64,000 nucleotides of DNA, from assembly GCA_964016885.1 (NCBI GenBank), contig OZ024743.1:339884001-339948000 (forward strand). The letters run 5' to 3'. A program made the translations under genes and the position numbers. Shown one piece after another: positions 51,317-63,219 of the stretch (the first letter of the stretch is position 1; each line of letters begins with the position of its first letter). Source of the DNA: Eledone cirrhosa (taxonomy: Eukaryota). The notes under the pieces were generated by a model, which worked only from the letters and a program-made list of their open reading frames with translations, did no database searches and was not told where the DNA came from.

Positions 51317-51632
51317 TATTAACATTAATTTATGTAGAAATTTACATTTAGGTATTAATATAAATTTTCATGGAAATTATACATTGAGTATTAATATATG
51401 TGGAAATTTACATTAGATATTAAGATTAATTTATGTGGAAATTTACATTGGATATTAAGATTAATTTATGTGGAAATTTACATTGGATATTGACATTAAT
51501 TTATATAGAAATTTACTCTGGGTATTAACGTTAATTTATGTGTAAATTTACTCTGGGTATTAACGTTAATTTATGTGTAAATTTACTCTGGGTATTAACG
51601 TTAATTTATGTGGAAATTTACATTGAGTATTA
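51317..51632. repeat. 35-bp AT-rich minisatellite, about 9 copies
   Basis: Unit tattaagattaatttatgtggaaatttacattgga and variants. Confidence 0.92.
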
Positions 51633-53831
51633 CCATGAAATTTCATGGTAAGTCATGAGTGAGAGGGTTGAGAATATAACTGATATATGCTGCAGGCATA
51701 TATGGGTTTTATAAATGTTGGGTTAAGGAGTTTCTATCTACAGTAGGTATAGTGAGGGGGGGGGGGTTTAGGCTGAATTGCAGACCTGTGTCACCATGCT
51801 AGTTTGAAGAAATGAATGTTACAATGATAATTTCCCATACTATTTCAAGTATTATATTAGATTAGTATTTAAAACTGGTGGATTGGCAGAATCAGTAGTG
51901 TGTCAGACACCATGCTTTGCAGCACAGTTATGTCATCCTTAATGCACTGGGGTCAATTTAATCAACTTCCCCGCCCCTAAAATTGCTGGCCTTGTACCTA
52001 AATCAGAAACCATTATTTAAAACCCAAATATTTATACACTACTAGTAGCAATGCTTTCTATGTATTAGTTTCAATACAGTACAGTTGATGCTATTGAAAT
52101 TGAGTTATTGTCATCTTTCTCCATTTATTTTTATGTGTATTAAAGAAGAAACGTTGAACATGACATCAATGCCTCCTCATATCATGTCCTGCCAGTTGAT
52201 GTGTTGGCTTTGGCAGTGATACAGTGGTCAGCTAAAATACTTGGAAACTTGCTCCCCCAAACCCATCACCATCTTTGCCAGGTCTCAAGGGATCTGTTTT
52301 GTTTTTTTTCTTTCTGGTGACAGGAGGTGGAGTTTGAACTCGGAAAACACATATACTGCAAGACATCTTCTCTAATGCTCTAACATTTCACCCCAACTGT
52401 CTGGGTACTATATTTATTGACCTTGAAAGAATGAAAAACAAAGTCAGCCTTGGCAGGATTTGAGCCCAGCATGCGGACAGCTAGAAACATTTGATGAAGC
52501 ATTCTATCTGAAGTAACGACTTAGCCAATTCACCACATTAATCCATACATATGAATATTAACACATGAATGAGGATATGTGTACATTTCCATATATATTT
52601 CTCACACATGCATGCAGGCATGTATTATAATTCCTTCACCCTTTCATAAAATCTGAAAGGTTCCCCATCAATAGATGAAAAAATATTTGGGCCGAGAGTT
52701 GTGATATTTACTGTTTTTCAGATCTTATTTTATATATTTTTTTCTGTTTTGTATTATTTTGAAAAGCTATTTTATGCAAAGCTTTACTATTTTGGAAATA
52801 AAACAAAGCTTATATTATGTTTTTGATTTTCATTGTATAGAATAACTATGTATTTCTCCTGAATATTTTTTTAGTTGTCCTGGAGTTTACTTGTTATATT
52901 TTGTACAATTATATTTTGTACAACACATAGTTTTTATTAAACAATAGTTTTATAGCATTCATTTGATGTGTATGTTGTCACATGTCACGTGTATTTGCCT
53001 ATATATAATATATATGTGACACACTGCTTTGTAAAATACCCTCAAATAAATATAATGGAAATTGATTCATATGTATTATGGAGTCTTTGTTGTCTGGGTA
53101 CTGTGATATTTGATACTGACCTTTGGACCTTTGAAAGACCTGCAGATTTTAAAACCCTAACACTAAAGTTATATACTAAATGACCATGTCGGTATTATAG
53201 TACTTATCAAATTTGTTGTTACATTATCTCAGTTTAAGAGCTTCTTCCCAGGATATGATAACACTACATTTTTCAACCACTATTGGTTTAATGACACATA
53301 TTTTGGAGAATGGCTGGTACATCTTATTGGAATGATGATGGTCAACTGCAAAAACAAGCTCTGAGTTGAACTACCTCTTTCAGTGCATATCTCTCACTAT
53401 CCTCTGGTGTAAAGCATTTGTAATTCTGTCTACTGGAACTATGAGGCAGCATTCATCTGATGTTTTACAAAGAACATGAGATGGTAGTATCATCAATTAA
53501 TGTATTTTTTTTACACACTTTTGTTTTATGCACTGTCTAGTTTACAATTGCATTGACACTGTCATAATCTCCCCTTTTTAAAAATTTAAATCCTTAAAAA
53601 TAAATCTTAAAATCCCCATATCACATTCTTACTCAGAAAAATAAAATATATACACCCCAGTCCTTTCTAAGTAAAGGCTTCTAATAAAAAAAAAAAAACA
53701 CAAAAAAATCTGCAATAATATCTATGTTAAATCTAAGGTTTAAATCGTCTAATATACGCTGTGTTCTAGCAAAAATATTTATTAATTTCCAAATATTCTT
53801 GTTTGCTACAGATTTATTTTCCTGCACTGTA

Positions 53832-53964
53832 ATGGAGGAGGAACTATCATGTCCTGTTTGTTTGGAACTCTATGCTGATCCTTTACTATTACCTTGTACA
53901 CACAGCATATGTAAAAAATGTTTGCAAGATTTAATAACATCTGATTGCCAAATAGGACGAGAAG
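53832..53964 (+). CDS. TRIM E3 ubiquitin ligase (class C-I, TRIM9/TRIM36/MID-like), RING exon
   Basis: Acceptor gctacag| at 53811. Reads [33 protein letters not shown]...GRE |gtaggg (phase 1), giving the first six ligands of a C3HC4 RING. Confidence 0.92.
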
Positions 53965-54053
53965 GTAGGGAAAATATTTGGAGATTTTTTTTTTTTTTTT
54001 TTTTTTTTCTTTTTGGGGAGAGGGTTAATTCTTTCTGCCTGTCTATAATATCG

Positions 54054-55995
54054 GAGCCCTGATATCTTAAACCAAGGGAGTAGCAGTAATTCCAAAGACC
54101 CTTCGGAGGAACACCATTTCCATCACTTGTATTTGCGATTGTATTCTTTCAGTCATTACTCAAGAGTCATGACCATAGATAAGGGTTGGCATAAATTCCG
54201 AATTGAAGATAGTGAGTTTGGCTTTAACACCTACCTCCCTTCTTCTCATTGCTGGAGTATTACTGCACCAGCTCCTGCAATTCTTCAACATAATTCAGTC
54301 TCCTGCCTTCAGCACATGTGAACACAGCCCCAAGATAATTGAACTCCACCACCTGCTTCAGTGGATCTCCATTCACATGTAGAATGCAGTGCACAGGCTT
54401 TCTTGAGAGGACGAGTCTTCACAGCACTGGTTTTCATTCCAGTCATGCATCATTGCATCAAACCTGATGAGTTAAGTAATACCACATTGTCTGCAAATTT
54501 CAGCTGACTGATCTACACCTGCTAGTCGTGATAACACTTCCAACTTGGTTGCGCATGTCAATCCTGTTCATGAAATAATGAACAGTAGAGGTGACGGTAC
54601 ACACCCTTGGTGGAATCTAACCCTTATATTGAATGGTTTTGATTTAGCACCATCCTTCCAAACACAAATGCTCGGGCATTCGTATAGAGACAGGAAGGTA
54701 ACAAGAAGCCCACCATCAATCCTATACTGTTGCAGAACCTTCCACAGCAGGTGTCTTATGACTTTTCGAGGTCCACAAAACCTCTTGGCAGTACTCGCAC
54801 AATTTCTAATATTTGGTCAGCCGTGCTGTGTCTTGGGTGAAAACCACACTGTTCATCAGCTAGCTTGGACTTGACAATCTCCCTACATCTCTTTGTCAGA
54901 GACTTAGCATAGACTTTACTACTTGAGGCTTAAAGTGATCCCTCTATAACTGGAGCAATCTCTCTTGTCTCTCTTTTTGAAAATTGGGATCGTCACTCCT
55001 GATTGCCATTGCTTAGGTGCGTCTCCAGATATACAGGCCACCTGGCACACGAGTTAGCCAGAGAATACCGTCTCTATTTAGGCTTTTAGCATCTCTGGCT
55101 GAATTTTATCCTCCACAGTGGCCTTGCCACATTTGTGCTTAAATTGCTCTTGTGACCTCAGACTCCAAGAGATAAGTTATTGCTCCCAGATGCACCTCGT
55201 GTACATTAGAAGCTGCTGTTGTGATATGGTTTAGGAGATCAACAAAGATGCACCTCTCTGAGGAGAGGAGAATCCTAGAAGCGTAACTGATAGCAGGTGT
55301 GGAGGAGGACTTCTTATTATGAAGTTGGCGGATGGTTTGCCAGAACACTTTTTGCTGATCTGAAGTCGGATTCCAGCTTAACCCAAAGTCCTACCATGTC
55401 TTATCTCTGGAAGTATTTACTGTCTCTGCTGTGACTTTTTGTGCTTACTTGTACCAAAAGTGCAAGGAGGAGGTCTTATTTCCAAACCAAGTTTTGTAGG
55501 CCGCCTTTGCTCTGATGGCTCCTTTGACCTCTTGATTGAACCAAGGGGTCCTCCTGCCATCCAGCACCACAACCAAGCCTCTTTTGCCTGCAGTATTTAA
55601 CAGCTGAAGCAGAAACTGCTGAGCTGAACAATCTCCACTCCATTTCAATGTCCTCAGTTTGCTCAGGGAGTTTTCTGAATTTGGATGCAATAGTATCTAC
55701 ATACCTGGTCCTGACTTCCTTATCCACCAATGCTTCCCCCTTTATCCTGTAGGTTGCCTTGCACCTGCAAGTTTTGTGGGCTTCTTTGGCTTTAGGTAGT
55801 CTCAAGTTGCAGATAACTAGATGGTGATCAGTTGACAGCTCAGCCCCTCTCTTAACATGAACATCCAGCACAGAATCAAAGAAATCGGAAACAATAACAA
55901 AATCAGTTATTGATCTCTGTCCCTAATTCCCATTATATCGTGTATATTTATGGATGTCTCTGTGCTGGAAGAAGGTATTTATAATAGAGAGCCTA
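54054..55995 (-). mobile_element. Decayed RTE LINE (Rex3/Expander-like), endonuclease plus RT
   Basis: LDVHVKRGAELSTDHHLVICNLRL, TPWFNQEVKGAIRAK, FWQTIRQL; the RT part is homologous to 47310-48080. Confidence 0.9.
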
Positions 55996-56921
55996 TTACA
56001 TTGAATTATTTTTTCAATAGTTAAAAGAAAGCCCAGGGGTTCATCAGACTGAAGTTTCTCTCAATTTCATTGGTATTAAATACTTAACATCTCGTAATGA
56101 TTTTGCAGAAAATAACTAAACACAGGTTCATTAATTCAAATGTTTATAGTATTTTTACTTGTGGACAGATGTCATTGAAACTTTACAGTAAAATAAAGTA
56201 AAACTTTAACTTTTAATGTAATGTGGTCATAGTGCAGTTTTGAACGTTGCAAGAATATCTTGAATGTAATATAAGATAAACCCTACCAAAATTAATCACA
56301 ATCGCCAACTCGCTATTTCTGGGATGATGGCTGTTCTTGCGGTATAAAGTAACGTTCAAATATTTTTCTCGATTCTTCTCTCCATTCGAATCCATTCATT
56401 CAATCACTATTCTATGTCCTAATTTCACACTATATCATATTTTCACCATTCTATATCATATTTTTTCTCTAAAAATCATATTTTCCCTATCACCGCATTT
56501 TCTCTATCGTATTTTCTTAAACAAAACAAATCTTGTATTTTCGTTTATTGTTAAATTATGCCCAAAATACGGCGATCTTATCTTAAACCTTACATTCTCG
56601 CTAACAACCCATCATCCCTCCCACCCGCCCCCACGCACCACCATTATTACGTGGACCAATCATAAGTCAGAGGCCCATACTATCGCTTAACTGGTTGCTT
56701 TTCGATATGATGGATGGACTACGGAATTCTGGAGAGTTGAAGAGAGAAAAAATGTGGACGTTCAGCGACAATGCCAAAGATAAAGACAAATTCACCTCGT
56801 GGACGAGAATGCAAGCACTCCGCCTTGTTTCGGCCCAGGATGGCTAACATAACCCCCCCCCCCCCCCGCGCCCCACCGCTCCCACCCTCCAAACGCAATC
56901 CAAAACTTCAGAGTTGGTACC

Positions 56922-59900
56922 ATGAATGTAGGCACCTTAAAGGGTCGCTCTAACGAGGTTGTAGAAATGCTTGAACGTAAGGAGGTCGATGTTTGTTGTA
57001 TTCAAGAGACCAGGTGGAGGGGTGGGTCTGCTAGATTCATTGAGGGAAAAAAAAACCGATGCTATAAGCTTTTCTGGGTGGGAAATGACAATGGGTTGGG
57101 TGGGGTAGGAATCATGGTAGCAGAAAAGTGGGTAGATAAGATAATAGACGTAAATAGAGTGAACGACAGAATAATTAAAATAAGACTTGTCCTCAATAAA
57201 ACTACGGTGACAGTAATATCTGCGTACGCACCACAATCCGGACTGCCCGGTGCTATAAAAGACAGATTCTACGAGACACTGATGCTCGCTACCTCCCAAA
57301 TAACCGACGGTGACTATATAGTTATTGCAGGCGACCTAAATGGTCACGTTGGACAACATTGTGACGGCTATGACGGAATCCATGGAGGCTATGGGTTTGG
57401 TACTAGAAATGAGGAAAGCTCCAGAATCCTGGAATTCTGCGACGCAAATAACTTAACTATCTGTAACACTAACTTCAAAAAACGAGACAATCACTTGATC
57501 ACCTATAGATCGGGGGAACACACAAGCCAGGTAGATTATATCCTTACCAGAAGACGTGACAGAGTGTCTGTTGTTAACACTAAATCCCTCCCCCATGAAG
57601 AATTCACCTCCCAACATAGACTGATAATTAGCGACCTCATAGTCAGGACGAGACGTACTAGACAGCGGAAGAGGACTATCCTCAGGAGAAAAATATGGAA
57701 GCTAAAGGACCCCATAGCCAGAAATAAATTTCAAAGCATATTACTTGACGCTTTCGACAGTAAGGAAGAGCAATTAGAGTCGTATAATATAGAGGAACAG
57801 TGGGAATTCCTGAGAGCAAACCTGCTGACGGTGGCAGACGAAGTCTGTGGCTGGAGCAGGCCTGTAGGTAGGAGGAGAGTAACATGGTGGTGGAACAGTA
57901 AGGTGGAGGAGTCAATTAAGGCCAAAAAGCAGGCTTGGAAAGCATGGCGGGATGGGGGAAGTAGAGAAGACTATCAGGTGGCCAGGAGGGAAGCTCGGAG
58001 ACAAGTGTACTTCGCAAGAAGGGAAGCAGAGGAAAGAAAGTTCAAGCATGTTCTACAACGTGAGGACCAAAAACGTGAGGTGTTCAGGATTGCCAGGCAA
58101 TGTGTCAAGGAAAACCGTGATATTGTCGGGGAGAAGTGTGTACTTAACGATGATGGCATACTTGCCATCACCGACGCTGATAAGAAGGTAGCTTGGAAGT
58201 GTCACTACGAAAGGCTTCTAAATGAGGAGAACAAATGGGAGAAAGACAGTCTCCCCCACATCGACCCAATAGAGGGACCAGCAGTGTTAGTCCAGGGTAG
58301 TACAATAAGCAAGGCAATCAAAGATATGAAGACGGGTAAGGCGGCTGGTCCTTCGGAAATAGTTGCTGAGATGCTGAAGGCATCTGGTTCGGTGGGACAC
58401 ACCATGGTCACCCGGATAGTTAACCAAGTCGTACAGAATGGGGTTGTTCCGAAGGACTGGCGCAGCAGCATCATCGTTAACTGCTATAAGGGAAAAAGGA
58501 GATGCTCTAGATAGGAGTAACTATAGAGGCATTAAATTAATCGACCAGGTCATGAAGGTCACGGAAAAAGTAATAGCGCAACTAATCAGAGAGAGAATTG
58601 ATCTAGATGAAATGCAGTTCGGATTTGTGTCAGGCAAAAGTACCACAGACGCTCTTTTCATTGTACGACAACTACAGGAGAAGTACCTAGCTAAAAGTAA
58701 ACCCCTATACTTAGCTTTCATCGACTTGGAGAAAGCCTTCGACAGAGTCCCCCGTTCCATTATCTGGTGGTCTCTTAGAAAACTAGGTGTTGACGAATGG
58801 CTTGTGAGAGCTATACAAGCCATGTATAAAGAAACAGTCAGTAAGGTTAGAATTAACAACGAATATAGTGAAGAGTTTAGCGTAAAAGTTGGTGTCCATC
58901 AGGGCTCTGTTCTTAGCCCCCTACTATTTATTATTGCCCTTCAGGCTATAACAGAGGAGTTCAAGACCAGCTGCCCATGGGAACTCCTATACGCAGATGA
59001 TCTAACGCTCATAGCTGAATCAATGACCGAACTAGAGAAGAAATTCCAAACATGGAAGCACGGCCTAGAATCAAAAGGCCTTAAAATTAACCTGGCTAAG
59101 ACTAAAGTTCTAGTTTGTAGGAAAGAAAATAAGGCGGCAGTCCCATCTGGGAAATGGCCATGCTCAGTGTGTAGGAAAGGCGTAGGTAGAAACTCCATTT
59201 TATGTCCCAAATGCAAAGTATGGGTGCATAAAAGATGTAGTGGGATCACAGGTAAGCTAACTAAGAACATAGATTTTACATGTGGCCGGTGCTCTGGTGC
59301 AATAAGTAGCAGCAAGTGCCCACAAAATACTAGCTCCTTCAACTGCGCAGAGGGTTCTATAGAAATAGTGGACAGCTTCCGTTACCTGGGTGACAAAATC
59401 AGCAGTGGGGGAGGGTGCTCTGAAAGTACAGTAGCTAGAGTCAGAACTGGATGGAAAAAGTTCAGAGAGCTTATACCACTATTAGCCGCTAGAGGGTTCT
59501 CCCTAAAAATGAAAGGCAGGTTATACGATGCCTGCATACGAACAGCAATGCTGCATGGCAGTGAGACCTGGGCATTGTGTGCAGAGGATATACGCAGACT
59601 AGAGAGGAACGAAGCTTGCATGCTCCGCTGGATGTGCAATAGTAATATACGTGAAAGGCAAAGCATAAACGAACTAAGGAAAAAATTAGAAATAAGAGGG
59701 ATCAGATGTTGTTTACTCGAGAGAAGGCTACGTTGGTACGGTCACGTGATGCGCATGAAAGACGACAGCTGTATAACAAAGTGCAGGGCAATAAAGATAG
59801 ACGGTAGCCACGGAGTAAGCAGACCCAGAAAAACATGGGACGAGCTGATAAATTCCGACCTCACACGCTTACACCTCTCCAAGACAATGTCACTGGACCG

Positions 59901-59946
59901 AGACCTTTGGCGGTACTCAGTAATAGAGAAGACCCGCTTTACCTAA
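56922..59946 (+). CDS. RTE ORF: APE endonuclease + reverse transcriptase + PHD finger; single frameshift at ~58493-58497
   Basis: NVGTL, CIQETRW, SAYAP, GDLNGHVG, VDYIL, NYRGIKL, FIDLEKAFDRV, GVHQGSVLSPLLF, LLYADDL, FRYLG. Removing one A gives ~1007 aa. Confidence 0.9.
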
Positions 59947-60120
59947 ATACAAAGTAAAAACCTACTACAGTCAGTAGGCATCTCTATCAACCCCCCCCCC
60001 CCCCCCGTCCCACCAGCTCCACCCCATCCACACTGCCCCTTTCAATGTAAAGTTATGTTGGTCCCACAACATCCAGGCCGAAACAAATGAGATCGTGTAG
60101 GTGTCACGACAAAAAAACAC

Positions 60121-60464
60121 ACAGTCCACGCTGTAAATGTGGCCGTGTAGGCAACACGGTAAAAACCTCCCAACCCCACACTGTAAATGTGGTTGGTGTT
60201 AGGAAGGGCATCCAGCCGTAGAAAACCCGCCAGACAGTCCACGCTGTAATGTGGCCGTGTAGGCAACACGGTAAAAACCTCCCAGCCCCACACTGTAAAT
60301 GTGGTTGGTGTTAGGAAGGGCATCCAGCCGTAGAAAACCCGCCAGACAGTCCACGCTGTAATGTGGCCGTGTAGGCAACACGGTAAAAACCTCCCAGCCC
60401 CACACTGTAAATGTGGTTGGTGTTAGGAAGGGCATCCAACTGTAGAAAACCCGCCAGACAGTCC
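60121..60464 (+). repeat. 112/113-bp tandem repeat x3 in the LINE 3' UTR
   Basis: Units start acagtccacgctgtaa at 60121, 60234 and 60346; near-identical. Confidence 0.97.
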
Positions 60465-61776
60465 TATGCGAGCAAGACAACCACTCTTGCCTCAAGTGGG
60501 AAAACCCCCGTCCAAACCCATGCAAGCGTGGAACACGGACGCTAAACCTGATGATGATGATGATCTTGCTAATGTGTTTTCGTGCTATATAGGAGACTGA
60601 GTTAAGCAACTGAATACAAGACTCCTATCCTGGACGGGACTCCAATTCATCACAGGGTTAACTCCTAACTGCTGAGAGGACTGCAGTAATGGGAAATGAA
60701 GAGCCTTGCTGAAGGACACAATGTGCTAGCCAGTCAAGGAATTAACCCCACATACATATTATTGTGAGCTCAACACCTTAACCCTTAGGTTGCATAAACT
60801 TTATTCATAGTGCCATTGATATTTTTTTTCTTTTTGTGTGAGGAATTTTTTCTTTTAAATAAGCTACATAACCAAACAAGGGCATGCACATGTTCTGACC
60901 TGGGCAAACTCTTATCAGGCTGTTGTCTTATAACATTAAATATTGGTTCTCCTTGAATTTTATTTAAATTCATCTATCAACAACTAACATTTACATCAAG
61001 CATTGTGAGAAATGCATTACACATTCCATTCTATCATCAAGGTCCTAAGTTCATCAGCAATCATAGCACCACTTCCCCACATCAGGGTTTTAAACATACT
61101 TTTTCTTTTGAATTACCAATTGAAAAAAATTGGATTGTTATATTTATAAAGACTTATGATGAGAATGAAATCTGAATGTTAGTTTAACCTTTTTGTTGCC
61201 ATATTTCTTGTGATATACACTGTCTATGATTTTAAAGTTATTTTGAAAATAATCAATAATTTGGAGGGATTTAGTTATATAACTAACATTTGCTGAAGCT
61301 GATGTCTGGGACATAACTTTACAAAGATTCTTACCTAAAATTATGATAGATTTTTAAATAAATATAAAAACCAATAGTTTTGAAGAACTTTTGGAAAAGG
61401 CATGCGCAGGAAGATCCAGCAGGCTAACATCTTGAACAGAAAAGTCTGGGTGTTGTGGTTAGTGCAGGGCCTGGGTGATGAGGAGAGACAAATGCATTGG
61501 GAGTTCCCGAGTGGAGATGGCATGAGGCTAGCATGTTTTGAGTCAGACTAATGTAATAATAGTAGAATAAGCAGAGGGAAGAGACTGCATGTCTGTGGGC
61601 TGGAGAATGTCAGTGAGTGACTTTATACCAATTAGTTAAAACCTACTCAGTCATACCTATCATGCTAACACTGAAAGAAAGATTATGACTAGAAATCTAA
61701 TTGAATCAGGTTCAATCCCCAAAACAAAACGATAAGTTGATGATTCATTGATAAAGTGATAGTGTAGATAGTTTAA

Positions 61777-62005
61777 CCCTTTAGCATTTAAACTGGTCAT
61801 ATCTGGCCAGAATCCTCTCACCTCTTTCTCTTCAAACTGGCTGAAACTGGCCATAACTGGTTGCTCATACTGACATTAAGGTATTATTCTTGAAATAAAT
61901 AATATCAATCTCTTAGATTTGATACTATGTGAGGTAATTATGTAAGATAAAGCCTTTACCACAAAAATACAACAGTATATGTAGAGTAATGTAAATGCTA
62001 AAGTG
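61777..62005. mobile_element. piggyBac MITE family 1
   Basis: TTAA|ccctttagcattta...taaatgctaaagtg|TTAA; same orientation as the 18454 copy. Confidence 0.9.
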
Positions 62006-62476
62006 TTAATCAACAAGCTGCTGTTTTGATTATAAATCTGATTGAAAACCTTGTCACCACTAGGTTTACTTTTCAGTGTTCTCTGGTATATTTCTGAAAT
62101 AAATGTTTGGGTTGTTTCTGAGTCTTTATTTTTTAAATCTTAATCCTGTCATAATAATGTTATTTTTTTCATAATTCCATACAATAAATATCAAAACAAA
62201 ACTTGAAGTACTCATAAACATGGAATCTATTTTGACCTAAATTTCATACTTGCTGGTATGTGTTAATGCATTGACATTGTAAAATTGTATTTTGATTGTG
62301 TATGTATGCGTGAACATGTGTTTATTGTGCACACATGTATACATATAAGTGAAGTTTGTTTTACTACTTTGAATGTAATGGTGTGTTTACAGTGGTTGTC
62401 TTCTATGTAACTTATGCTATCAAAAATAAAAACAAACTTTAACCTTTTTCTACAATTAAATTATCTTGGATATTAA

Positions 62477-62681
62477 CCATTTAGCATTTACATTACTGTA
62501 TATTTACTACTGTATTTTTATGGTAAACACTTTATCTCACATAATATCGAATCTATGAGATTTTTATATTTATTTTGAGAACAATACCTTAAAATTGGTA
62601 TGAGTGGCTGGTTACAGCCAGTTTGAACAGAAAACGTTGAGAGAATTCTGACCAGATCTGGACGGTTTAAATACTAAAGGG
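62477..62681. mobile_element. piggyBac MITE family 1 (inverted relative to 61777)
   Basis: TTAA|ccatttagcattta...tttaaatactaaaggg|TTAA; the interior is the reverse complement of the 61777 copy. Confidence 0.9.
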
Positions 62682-63219
62682 TTAATGTTTGAACAATAAA
62701 TATATGTTAATTGAAGAATGTTCCAAATTAGGAGGACAATAAATATATATTAATATCTGTTCAAAGTTTGAGGGCTTCCCAAGTTGGAGCATAATCCAGT
62801 TTCTTAGGTTTAAATGACTGGGAGTACAATACTCTCCCTGGACAAGATGCCAGTCCATTGCAGGGTTTACCCTTAGTTACTGTGGGTACTCATTTTCAGC
62901 TTAGTTTACTGGAGTAATGTGAAATAAAGTGTTCTGCTCAAGAACACAACATACAGAATTGAACCTATGCCATTACGATTATAAGTTCAATACCCTAACC
63001 ATTAAGCCACGTTCCTTCACAATAAATATATGAACACATAAAAATACCATTTATTTTTGTTTTGTGTTTAAGGAAAAGGCTTTTCAAAATATCTATCGAA
63101 AAAGAAATTGGCTTCCTAGTATTAAAATGTGTTTCTAGGTGCCTAAGTTCCCACAGTGACAAATAGGAGGATCTTTTGTTTTACTTGTTCATTTTTATTT
63201 TATTTTACCTTGTTTGCAG

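Larger units (their letters stand above)
56300..60564 (+). mobile_element. Near-intact RTE-clade LINE with PHD-containing RT (5' boundary approximate)
   Basis: APE endonuclease plus RT ORF, tandemly repeated 3' UTR, and (TGA)n tail at 60549-60564. No TSD found. Confidence 0.95.

Noticed and set aside
57601-57625. Endonuclease 'SQH' instead of 'SDH' as an inactivating mutation
   Set aside because: QH variants occur in RTE-type endonucleases as far as I recall, so this is not evidence of decay without a family alignment.
58488-58500. Programmed -1 ribosomal frameshift at G GGA AAA
   Set aside because: Joining the ORFs needs +1, not -1. Deleting one A restores the standard KGKGD motif, so an indel or sequencing error is simpler.
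60121-60464. CRISPR-like array
   Set aside because: The units are contiguous and near-identical with no unique spacers, and they lie in the 3' UTR of a eukaryotic LINE.
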